Source: Candidatus Hermodarchaeota archaeon
GTDB lineage: Archaea > Asgardarchaeota > Hermodarchaeia > Hermodarchaeales > Hermodarchaeaceae
Assembly (NCBI GenBank): GCA_016839805.1
Contig: JAEOTO010000033.1
Location: 1 to 64,000 of the forward strand
Reading direction: 5' to 3'
Length of the DNA: 64,000 bases
The notes under the pieces are model-generated. The model saw nothing but the letters and a program-made list of their open reading frames with translations. It did not search any database and was not told the origin of the DNA. Every line of letters starts with the position of its first letter. Position 1 is the stretch's first letter. A program made the translations under genes and the position numbers. Shown here in pieces: positions 56,012 through 64,000 of the stretch.

Positions 56012-57346
56012 TTATTCTTGAACAGCTAGCTTTTCCTCTTCACCAGCTTCCCCACTTTTCACTCCTAACATTAGTAGAAAAGCGATGATAAGGACAACGA
56101 CGCTAAATGGCCACATTAGAACGTAGTTACCAAGTGGTTGTCCAATCAGGACTCCACCATACCAAATGATTGCTCCGCAAAGCACTGGACCCACCATAGC
56201 AGCTAGCGATGCAAAGAGATAGTAAATTCCGGTAAAGGAACCCATTCGACGTTTCCCAATCTCCCATACTAGTACGATGGATTGGACGTTAATCATCGCC
56301 CAGAATATACCAGCAATTAGGAGAAGTGCCATTGTAAAAATGTAGATCATAGTCGGAGCGAGAATTGGTACAAATGGAATTATCCCGATGCAGATAGCAA
56401 AACCAACGATGCCTATCATAATCGCTTTTTTCCGGCTAATCACATTGGCTATGAAACCAGCTGGGATGGCAAAGAGAACGAAGGTGAGTGCAAAGGCAGT
56501 GAGCATGAATCCAGCACTGGCACGATCGATTAGCAAGACGTTTTCACCATATAAGGTGAAGAAAGCCTCCAGAGCCTGATAAGCCAGAAACCAGGAGAAG
56601 ATAGCAAATAGAATGTAAATACCTGTTCGATCTTTACTTCGAAAGACTTCTTTGACGGCAGGCGCGATACCAAGGTCTTTTCGCTCTTCAACATCCTCTG
56701 GTACTGGGGGTTCCTTGAGACGCCACATTATAATGAGGAGACTAAGTACCATGATTAGTGATGCAAAACTGAAAGAGATGAGCGGTCCAATGGGAATCCA
56801 ACCGATATAACCTGGAAGTCTATAGAGAGTTGTACCCACAGCGAATGCAATGATTGACCCAATTCCACCCATGAGATTAATGACACCGTTCGCTTTAGTT
56901 CGGTGTTCGGAAGGCGTGAAATCCGGCATTAATGCAACGGTTGGTGCGCGATAGATAGCCATGGACACATTAAAGATAGCAATTATTGCAATAAGTACCC
57001 AGAAGCCCCAAGTATAGGGAATAGCTCCTGCGATGGGAATGAAGATGAAGAAGACGGAAGCCAGGGGAATACCCACCAAGAGATAGGGCATTCGTCGACC
57101 CCATCGTGTTCGAGTTTTATCTGATCTACCCCCGATAATAGGCTGCAAAATAAACGCGGTAATATTATCGAGAACCATTACCAGACCAATAATCAAAGGA
57201 ACAGGGATTAAGAAAGCGAACACACCAATGAAATCCTGAATATAGGGTCCCAGGAATGTGTTGTAAAGTGACCAAGAAAGAGCAGTCGTGAAAAAGCCCA
57301 GTCCAATGATGAATGTAAGACTCCAACTGAATTTTTGTTCAGCCAT
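56012..57346 (-). CDS. MFS transporter (GPH/SLC45-like sugar porter)
   Basis: 12 TMs; SDKTRTRWGRRMPY, RAPTVALMPD, ANGVINLMGGIG. Confidence 0.9.
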   Translation of the reverse strand: MAEQKFSWSLTFIIGLGFFTTALSWSLYNTFLGPYIQDFIGVFAFLIPVPLIIGLVMVLDNITAFILQPIIGGRSDKTRTRWGRRMPYLLVGIPLASVFFIFIPIAGAIPYTWGFWVLIAIIAIFNVSMAIYRAPTVALMPDFTPSEHRTKANGVINLMGGIGSIIAFAVGTTLYRLPGYIGWIPIGPLISFSFASLIMVLSLLIIMWRLKEPPVPEDVEERKDLGIAPAVKEVFRSKDRTGIYILFAIFSWFLAYQALEAFFTLYGENVLLIDRASAGFMLTAFALTFVLFAIPAGFIANVISRKKAIMIGIVGFAICIGIIPFVPILAPTMIYIFTMALLLIAGIFWAMINVQSIVLVWEIGKRRMGSFTGIYYLFASLAAMVGPVLCGAIIWYGGVLIGQPLGNYVLMWPFSVVVLIIAFLLMLGVKSGEAGEEEKLAVQE

Positions 57347-57454
57347 TGCTTCACACCATCATCTTAACATAAGCTCCTCTTAGCATGTAGAGAAGCGTAA
57401 CCAGCAATCTAGAAGGTTCTCCACTTAAGTGTAACACCATAGTGGACAAAAAAA

Positions 57455-57643
57455 TTAGGCTGAAAGAGGGATTGATCGCCCGCAGTTGCGACATCGGGCG
57501 TGTTTCTCTTTGGTGAGTAGCCAGTTGTATAGTTTGCGGTGGATTAGGTTGATATGGCCGCAGACAGGGCAAGTGATGGGTTTTGTGACAGCGCGTTGTT
57601 TGGAAGAAGTCACGCTGGACTCCATCACAGTTATTTTCATCAC
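57455..57643 (-). CDS. Small zinc-ribbon protein
   Basis: CPVCG ... CRNCG pairs in 62 aa. Confidence 0.6.
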   Translation of the reverse strand: MMKITVMESSVTSSKQRAVTKPITCPVCGHINLIHRKLYNWLLTKEKHARCRNCGRSIPLSA

Positions 57644-57943
57644 GTCCCTTTTTTTTCACTCAATCTAATCGCTTTCGGGCGGATATTTAAACCCTTGCTT
57701 TTCGGTATACGGCGACATTATCCCCTGATTCCCGTAAAATAGACTTATCCTGTGTTTTTTCGTGTTTTGAAGGATTTAAGCCGACTAAGAGGCGTATTCG
57801 GGATTTAAGGAATTCTAAAAGCATTATTTTTATACTCAGTAATACCCGGAACACTTCATACACACCACACTGACAACCGACGAGCTATTATAGGTAGCTG
57901 TCAGAAAAGAATCGCCCCCACTAGTTTTGGATGAGGAGCAGAA

Positions 57944-58342
57944 ATGTCACTAAGCAATGAAGATCTAATCGTACGAGCTCGACACGCCCAACAAAATGCT
58001 TATGCACCATATTCTCAGTTCAAAGTTGGTGCTGCCATAGTTACCGAGGATGGACAGGTCTTCACCGGTTGTAATGTGGAAAACTCGACATTCGGAGCGA
58101 CAAGTTGTGCGGAGCGAAATGCTGTGTATTGTGCGATTTGTGCTGGTGCTCAAGTCTTTACTAAGATCGTAATAGTGACTGATTCCGAAGAACCAGTGAT
58201 GCCCTGTGGAATTTGTCGACAGGTATTGTACGAATTCAACCCCGATATAGAAATCATAGCTGTTAATGCGTCTGGGAAAAAAGATCGTGTACGCCTTTCG
58301 GAGATTTTGCCTAAAGGCTTTGAATTGGAAAAAAAGAGGTAA
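57944..58342 (+). CDS. cdd: Cytidine deaminase (homotetrameric type)
   Basis: AYAPYSQFKVGAA, GCNVEN, CAERNA, PCGICRQ. Confidence 0.96.
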   Translation: MSLSNEDLIVRARHAQQNAYAPYSQFKVGAAIVTEDGQVFTGCNVENSTFGATSCAERNAVYCAICAGAQVFTKIVIVTDSEEPVMPCGICRQVLYEFNPDIEIIAVNASGKKDRVRLSEILPKGFELEKKR

Positions 58343-58343
58343 A

Positions 58344-58709
58344 CTAAGCGTTTCGCGTCATTGTGGTGCGAATGTACTTGAAAACTAGCACAAGCAATTC
58401 TATGTCCATCACGGGTCCGAAGGCGATGCGTTGGGTATCGTTGGGTTCGGCGTAAAGGAAAACATTGGCGTTCTTCTTCACGATGACACTAGCTTGGTTG
58501 GCTTCAGCGTAGACATCCATGCCTTGAAAGAATTGTTTAACGTATTCGATATCAAGAGGCCGGCTGAGTTGGATGTTAGCATAGCCGGATTCAGTACAGT
58601 GAATTTTCATTTTCCCTAGAAAGAGCGCGTCATCAGCGACGGCGGGTTCAGCCTCCTGTAAAAGGGAGAGGAGGGTTTGTTTAACCAAGTCTTTCCTCGC
58701 CATTATCAT
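58344..58709 (-). CDS. Hypothetical protein
   Basis: 121-aa ORF with protein-like composition filling the gap; no recognised motif. Confidence 0.6.
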   Translation of the reverse strand: MIMARKDLVKQTLLSLLQEAEPAVADDALFLGKMKIHCTESGYANIQLSRPLDIEYVKQFFQGMDVYAEANQASVIVKKNANVFLYAEPNDTQRIAFGPVMDIELLVLVFKYIRTTMTRNA

Positions 58710-58883
58710 CCCGCCAGCTATAGTGTTGGTTCTCCATTATTTCAACGATGTCATGCTATGCCTAGTTTTGCGTCCAATTAAGTTTTCTCGTAGCGCATCA
58801 GTCGGGTTTTAATACGACAGGTAAACGCAGGAGAATCCGTTATTGTATTGCTATATAAGTATTCAATACCCGGTGATAAAACG

Positions 58884-59225
58884 ATGATTGCTGACCGTTA
58901 TGATGAACGTCCGGAAGAAACTGTCACAATGTATGGTGCGACGGGCACCACGATTCGATGGTTAATCAATAAGGATAATGGGGCCAGGACCTTTGCGATG
59001 CGCCGGTTTGAAGTACAACCGGGTGGAGAAATCCCCTTGCACGATCATGATGCAGACCATGAGATTTACATTCTCTCAGGAGAAGGGATTGCGTTTACCG
59101 AGGAACAGGAAATTACTATTAAACCAGATATGTTTGTATACGTTCCACCAAATGAGGCACATGGCTATCGGAATACAGGTGATAGCCCCTTGATCTTTTT
59201 GTGTGTGATTCCGCTCTTAGAGTAA
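58884..59225 (+). CDS. Cupin-domain protein
   Basis: FAMRRFEVQPGG..PLHDH..DHEIYILSG, VPPNEAHGYRN. Confidence 0.92.
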   Translation: MIADRYDERPEETVTMYGATGTTIRWLINKDNGARTFAMRRFEVQPGGEIPLHDHDADHEIYILSGEGIAFTEEQEITIKPDMFVYVPPNEAHGYRNTGDSPLIFLCVIPLLE

Positions 59226-59245
59226 TAGCATGGAAAACGCGATTA

Positions 59246-60106
59246 CTAAGTCAGTTTTCGCCGTAATCGTCGTCCCGTAGGCGTGTTAGCTAGTCCACCA
59301 AGAGCAGTTTCACGTAGACTCTCAGGCAAGGCTTGACCGACTTCTCGCATTGCTCCGATTACTTCATCAACAGGAATACGGCTTTTTATGCCTGTTAAGG
59401 CTAAATCAGCAGCAAGGAAAGCCTGCATGAGAGCTCCTGCGTTTCGAAGGATGCAGGGTACTTCAACTAGACCCGCTACGGGATCACAGACTAAACCTAA
59501 CATGTTAATTAACGTAAGAGCCACAGCGTGTCCGACCATAGTGGCGCTTCCTCCGGATAGTTCTGTCAATGCCCCTGCCGCCATAGCAGCGGCGACACCG
59601 CATTCGGCTTGACATCCGCCTTCAGCCCCCGATATAGATGCATTCATCGAGCATACTATTCCAATACCTGCCGCTGTGAACAGGGCAGTGATAATCGTTT
59701 CTTCATCGATTTGTAGTCGTTCTTTAGCAAATAGTAAAGCCGCTGGAACGATTCCACAACTTCCCGCAGTGGGACAGGCTACGATCTTCCCCATGGCAGC
59801 GTTGACTTCAGCCACCCCTAAAGCTCTAGCAACTGCTTTGCCAACATCTGGGTTAAGGAATTTAGGTGTCCGAGCGAAGAACAGTTTGGCATCCCCTCCA
59901 CTTAGACCACTGACAGAGCGAATGTTGTCAGTGACTCCACGGTCGAGTGCTTGTTTCATAACTTCCCATGAGATCACCATTTGTCCACGAATAGTACTTG
60001 GTGATTCATTTTCCTGTTCAGCTTCGATAGCCAGAACGATTTCACCGATAGGTTTTTTCTGGCGTCCAGCTAATCTGATGAGTTGTTTTATCGTCTCATA
60101 ATACAT
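59246..60106 (-). CDS. sdaAA: L-serine dehydratase, Fe-S-dependent, alpha subunit
   Basis: IVACPTAGSCG, SGAEGGCQAE, LGLVCDPVAGLVEVPC, LRETALGGLA. Confidence 0.95.
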   Translation of the reverse strand: MYYETIKQLIRLAGRQKKPIGEIVLAIEAEQENESPSTIRGQMVISWEVMKQALDRGVTDNIRSVSGLSGGDAKLFFARTPKFLNPDVGKAVARALGVAEVNAAMGKIVACPTAGSCGIVPAALLFAKERLQIDEETIITALFTAAGIGIVCSMNASISGAEGGCQAECGVAAAMAAGALTELSGGSATMVGHAVALTLINMLGLVCDPVAGLVEVPCILRNAGALMQAFLAADLALTGIKSRIPVDEVIGAMREVGQALPESLRETALGGLANTPTGRRLRRKLT

Positions 60107-60117
60107 CTTAAAGCACC

Positions 60118-60789
60118 TCAATAAATGGGAGGAATAATTCGGACGATTTGCGCTTTTTCCTCTAATTCCTTAATCGCCTCGGGTGGAAGAGGTTGGTCCA
60201 TTTCGATAGCCATAGCGGCAAGACCACCTCGACGTTGCCGGCTGAGATTCATGGTGGAAATATTGACTTTGTGCTGAGAGATGATAGAAGTAGCTTTAGC
60301 TACTATGCCGGGTCGATCACTATGGATAGTGATGAGGGTATGGTATTCACCTGAGAGTTGAATAGGCAAACCATTGAACTCTACAATACTGATGTTCCCT
60401 CCTCCAACAGAGATAGCTGTGATTTCAAAATGCATTCCACTGACACCAGCAATGAGAAGTCGAACAGTGTTGGGGTGATAGTCATCACCTAAGTCGACTT
60501 TTTGAAAATCTAATTTCATGTTCTGTTGTTTCGCAATTGCGAGGGAATCCTTAATTCGTTCATCAGCAGCATCAAAGCCTAGCAGCCCAGCCACAATTGC
60601 TTTGTCAGACCCATGACCCTTTCCGGTAAGCGCATAAGATCCATGGAACTGAATAATAGCCTCGTTAACGGGTTCTCCGAGGATGGCTAAGCTGATTTGT
60701 CCGATCCGCACAGCCGCAGCCGTGTGTGAACTCGATGGACCGATCATGATTGGCCCAATAATTTCGAAAACACTGTCAGCTTTGCCCAT
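60118..60789 (-). CDS. sdaAB: L-serine dehydratase beta subunit (with ACT domain)
   Basis: IIGPIMIGPSSSHTA, TGKGHGSD, HPNT, SVGGG, DRPGIV. Confidence 0.95.
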   Translation of the reverse strand: MGKADSVFEIIGPIMIGPSSSHTAAAVRIGQISLAILGEPVNEAIIQFHGSYALTGKGHGSDKAIVAGLLGFDAADERIKDSLAIAKQQNMKLDFQKVDLGDDYHPNTVRLLIAGVSGMHFEITAISVGGGNISIVEFNGLPIQLSGEYHTLITIHSDRPGIVAKATSIISQHKVNISTMNLSRQRRGGLAAMAIEMDQPLPPEAIKELEEKAQIVRIIPPIY

Positions 60790-60863
60790 TATATCCACCA
60801 CCTATTGCTGGGTAAAATTTGTTCTTAAACGATTCGTCACTTCTTTGAAAGAAACCACCACTC

Positions 60864-61217
60864 TCACAAGGTTGCACAGAATCCCCGTTGACAATCTTCG
60901 AAGATTTCGATGAAGACGTGGTGAAAATACTGACAGGCTTTGACTAGACCCGTTCGACCGGATTCCGTGAGTTGATATTGAATCTCCCTTCCAGATCGAT
61001 GCCCTTGGATCAACTTCTTGCTTTCAAGGTCCTTGAGGGCAGGATAAAGGGTTCCAGGAGTAGGTTTGGTTCCGCGACGGGCTTTAAGTTCTCGTGCAAG
61101 TTGTTGCCCATTCATTGGTCTTTTACTAAGCAACCATAGGAGCTGAAATGACAGAAAACCGCGCATGTCGCAGCAGTCTGGAGGGCAACATTGTTGGTCC
61201 TTGGTTTGGGAGGTCAT
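60864..61217 (-). CDS. PadR-family regulator with Cys-rich termini
   Basis: CCPPDCCDMRGFL, PTPGTLYPALKDL, YQLTESG. Confidence 0.9.
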   Translation of the reverse strand: MTSQTKDQQCCPPDCCDMRGFLSFQLLWLLSKRPMNGQQLARELKARRGTKPTPGTLYPALKDLESKKLIQGHRSGREIQYQLTESGRTGLVKACQYFHHVFIEIFEDCQRGFCATL

Positions 61218-61290
61218 AGGACATATTGGACGCCCAATACATTTAAATATTCTGATACGTTATCGGTCAAACAAGAGTTGGCGACTACGT

Positions 61291-62064
61291 ATGACTCAAG
61301 ATAAGCCTGTTAGCAAAATGAACGATGAAGAACTCAAAGAAGAAGTCAAACGAGCTTACGCAGAGCTGGCGAAGGCTTCGAAAGGCTGTTGCACTGATAA
61401 GAGCTGCTGTGATAGTGGAAGTTCATGGTCACCTAGACAGAACAGGGCTCGACTCTTTGGATATCCGGTCGATGAACTCCCTAAATCATTAACTGAATCC
61501 TATGCCGGTTGTGGAAACCCAGTAGCTTTGGCTAGTTTGAAGGAAGGAGAGGTCGTATTAGATCTTGGATCCGGAGCAGGACTCGACGCCTTCATGGCAG
61601 CTGAGACTGTTGGGGAGACTGGTAAAGTAATTGGCGTCGACATGACCCCAGAAATGGTCCAGAAAGCCGAAGAAAATGCAGAAACCATTGGAGTGAAAAA
61701 TACCGAGTTTAGGCTGGGTGAAATTGAGAAGCTTCCTGTTGAAGATGAAATGGTTGATGTAATCATCAGTAACTGCGTAATAAATCTCGCTCCGAATAAG
61801 GCGAAAGTGTTTCAAGAAGCGTTTCGCGTTCTACGCCCAGGAGGGAGACTCATGGTCTCCGACATGGTTATTATCAAGCCACTCCCCGAGGATGTCCGTG
61901 AATCCATAAATTCATACACTGGATGTGTCGCAGGTGCGGTTTCAGAAACCGAGTATCTTGCTATAATTCGAGATGCTGGATTTGAACGGGTTAAAATTGT
62001 TGAGAAATCTGGAGCAGGATATGTAGCGAGCGCTAAAGTGGAAGCGTTTAAACCTCAAAATTAA
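61291..62064 (+). CDS. arsM: Arsenite methyltransferase
   Basis: N-terminal CC..CC, GCGNP, VLDLGSGAGLD, GVDMTPEM, IISNCVINL, GCVAGA. The true start is MTQDK at 61291, not 61165. Confidence 0.92.
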   Translation: MTQDKPVSKMNDEELKEEVKRAYAELAKASKGCCTDKSCCDSGSSWSPRQNRARLFGYPVDELPKSLTESYAGCGNPVALASLKEGEVVLDLGSGAGLDAFMAAETVGETGKVIGVDMTPEMVQKAEENAETIGVKNTEFRLGEIEKLPVEDEMVDVIISNCVINLAPNKAKVFQEAFRVLRPGGRLMVSDMVIIKPLPEDVRESINSYTGCVAGAVSETEYLAIIRDAGFERVKIVEKSGAGYVASAKVEAFKPQN

Positions 62065-62129
62065 TCGGGTAATTCTTTTTGATGGTCCATTGTCGTCTAA
62101 AAGTTAGTTCCCTGTGAATAATACTGCCT

Positions 62130-62960
62130 TTATCCAATGATGTGGGGTAATGGGGCGACGAAGAGAAAATACCAGAGAAGGAGGCTAGTCAAGAAGATAC
62201 TTACGCAGACGATAAGCCAATCTTTGATGACAAAATTGGGGAAGATGAGATAAGTTCGGGTTGGCGCATAACCAAAACCTCGTCCATCCATAGCTAACGT
62301 AAGCGCGTCGATGCGTCCTAGTGCGGAGAAGAGCAGGGGCATAAATGTAAATCTAACTCGTCGAAGGAATCCCCGAATAATTCCCTGATCAACTGGGATG
62401 CCTCGTGCTCGTTGAGCGGCCTGGACGGTGTTCGATTCTTTATCGAAAAGTGGAACTAAACGAAGGGCAAGAACAAGCGTATATCCATATCGATAAGGGA
62501 TTCGGAGTGATGTTAAGGCTGCAACGAAGCGGCTAGGATCTGTGATGGCCACGAATAGTGCACTTGCTAAGACGATGTTGATGAGCCGAAAGGCGAGATT
62601 GATCGCATTTGCGATGCCTGTGATTGTAATTGGGAAAAAGGGACCAAATCCTGGGGCAAGGGGCGGAATGAGATAGAAGAGGATGATGCCATAGGATGTG
62701 AAGAGGAGTTGTACCATGGCAATGAGGAGGATGAAGGCGATGAGGCGACGGAGTCGCCCAAATGCATATCTGAGATTGATACCAGCACCAATATAACCGA
62801 GGAGGAGAAACACGAAGATGGATAGGGATACGATATCAGAGACTAATGTGACTGTGAGGATTACAAGAAGGATAAGTACAGCGAATTTTGTCAGGGGGTT
62901 CAGCCGATGGATAAACGAATTCCGTTGAAGGTAGCCAAAGGAGGATGTGCGCATTTTCAT
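62130..62960 (-). CDS. ecfT: ECF transporter T component
   Basis: HRLNPLTK, ALRLVP, AQRARG, AMDGRGF. Confidence 0.92.
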   Translation of the reverse strand: MKMRTSSFGYLQRNSFIHRLNPLTKFAVLILLVILTVTLVSDIVSLSIFVFLLLGYIGAGINLRYAFGRLRRLIAFILLIAMVQLLFTSYGIILFYLIPPLAPGFGPFFPITITGIANAINLAFRLINIVLASALFVAITDPSRFVAALTSLRIPYRYGYTLVLALRLVPLFDKESNTVQAAQRARGIPVDQGIIRGFLRRVRFTFMPLLFSALGRIDALTLAMDGRGFGYAPTRTYLIFPNFVIKDWLIVCVSIFLTSLLLWYFLFVAPLPHIIG

Positions 62961-64000
62961 TATTCGGATTCGACCTCCAATAGCTTTGGTTCGTGACCGT
63001 AGGCTGTTTGTTCGAACATGGTTAGGTATTCGAGTCCTTGTTTGACGGGGGCATCGATGAGCAGGCGACCATCGTAGAGGAAAAGGAGTCGAGTACAGTA
63101 TGTTTCAGTAATTGCGGCGTCATGGGTAGCCAACAAGATAGCTGACCCTTGTGATGCTTCCTCATGAACAATGGTCATGAGGCGATGAACGTTGTGATAA
63201 TCTTGACCGATGAAAGGTTCATCTAGTAAGAGGACTTGCGGTTTGTGTAATAAGATGGATGCAATTGTAAGACGCCGTTGTTCACCCAAACTCAAAGTGT
63301 AGGGCGATTGATCTTGGTAGGGGAGGAGTCCGAATGCATCCAGTACTTTTTCGGCTTGAAGTTCAGCTTCGTTGGGTTCTGGAATCCCAAGATGTTTTGA
63401 AGCGAGCAGCACTTCTTCTTTCACAGTGGAAGCGAATAGTTGGTGGAGTGGATTCTGAAAAATTAGCCCAATACTGCGGGCTAGCTGAGAAACTGGTTGT
63501 TCATGGATATTCTGCTGATTAAGATGTATTGTTCCAGAATCAGGTGTAAGCAATCCCATGAGTTGGAGTAACAATGTCGATTTTCCTGATCCATTGGCTC
63601 CCATTAACGCGACAATTTCTCCCGGATGCAATGAAAAGGTCAGATTCTGCAGTGCTGGTCGTGGTGTTGATTGTTCCTCGATTCTTGGATAAGTAAAAGT
63701 GAGGTTCCGAATTTTTAATAAATCCTGTTCATGGGGAGCTCCGGAGGGAACTACCTCTGAATATGATAATGGGTGAAGGGCAACCCCCAAGTTTAATAAA
63801 GTCGTAGGCAAGGCAGAAAGCTGGTCGGGTCTTCCATCGTAACTGATGCGTCCTTCATTCATGAGTAGGATACGAGAAGCCAGAGCTAGAAAAGGTTTGA
63901 TTCGGTGTTCAATTACCAGAATCGTTCTACCCTGTTTGTGCAGATCTTGAAGAGTGGTGATAACTTCGTTTGTAGTCTGAGGATCGAGTCTTGCCGTGGG
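62960..64000 (-). CDS. ECF transporter duplicated ATPase (partial; 5' part outside the window)
   Basis: The frame is open to the window edge (PTARLDPQ...IEH ends the first ABC domain); second domain has GANGSGKST, FQNP, LSLGEQRR, LLDEP. Confidence 0.92.
   Translation of the reverse strand, partial: PTARLDPQTTNEVITTLQDLHKQGRTILVIEHRIKPFLALASRILLMNEGRISYDGRPDQLSALPTTLLNLGVALHPLSYSEVVPSGAPHEQDLLKIRNLTFTYPRIEEQSTPRPALQNLTFSLHPGEIVALMGANGSGKSTLLLQLMGLLTPDSGTIHLNQQNIHEQPVSQLARSIGLIFQNPLHQLFASTVKEEVLLASKHLGIPEPNEAELQAEKVLDAFGLLPYQDQSPYTLSLGEQRRLTIASILLHKPQVLLLDEPFIGQDYHNVHRLMTIVHEEASQGSAILLATHDAAITETYCTRLLFLYDGRLLIDAPVKQGLEYLTMFEQTAYGHEPKLLEVESE

Noticed and set aside
1-64000. CRISPR arrays, transposases/integrases, rRNA/tRNA, and the many short antisense or alternate-frame ORFs in the track
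   Set aside because: No repeat-spacer periodicity or diagnostic motifs were seen; the short ORFs are shadows of well-supported genes.

Overview
Gene-dense archaeal chromosomal window, most likely from an Asgard archaeon. The evidence is a two-domain gelsolin, a longin-wHTH protein, V4R and CDC48 proteins, TFB-like cyclin repeats, CofE, FwdB/D and a tungsten AOR. It holds about 60 CDS and no recognisable rRNA, tRNA, CRISPR array or transposase. Metabolic genes include an acyl-CoA dehydrogenase, AOR, a 4-subunit 2-oxoacid:ferredoxin oxidoreductase, C1/cofactor genes (cofE, RimK-like ligase, MobA-like, fwdD, fwdB), a K+-independent membrane pyrophosphatase, a two-subunit L-serine dehydratase, arsM and ECF transporter parts. 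The most notable block is 15.5-24.7 kb. It contains a CDC48 - PH/GLUE-like - soluble SPFH - V4R run, a divergent cytoplasmic IFT52-like GIFT protein, an NPRL2-like longin-wHTH protein and a membrane-anchored AAA+/vWA protein, together a candidate proto-eukaryotic membrane-trafficking or quality-control system. Other highlights are four paralogous ~470-500 aa double wHTH/RAM regulators, two stand-alone TFB cyclin-repeat genes, two genes that appear to need ATT/ATA start codons, a KH-like two-gene operon flanked by structured RNA, and an orphan ~120-nt structured RNA candidate. All family calls come from motif recognition by eye; no database searches were run.
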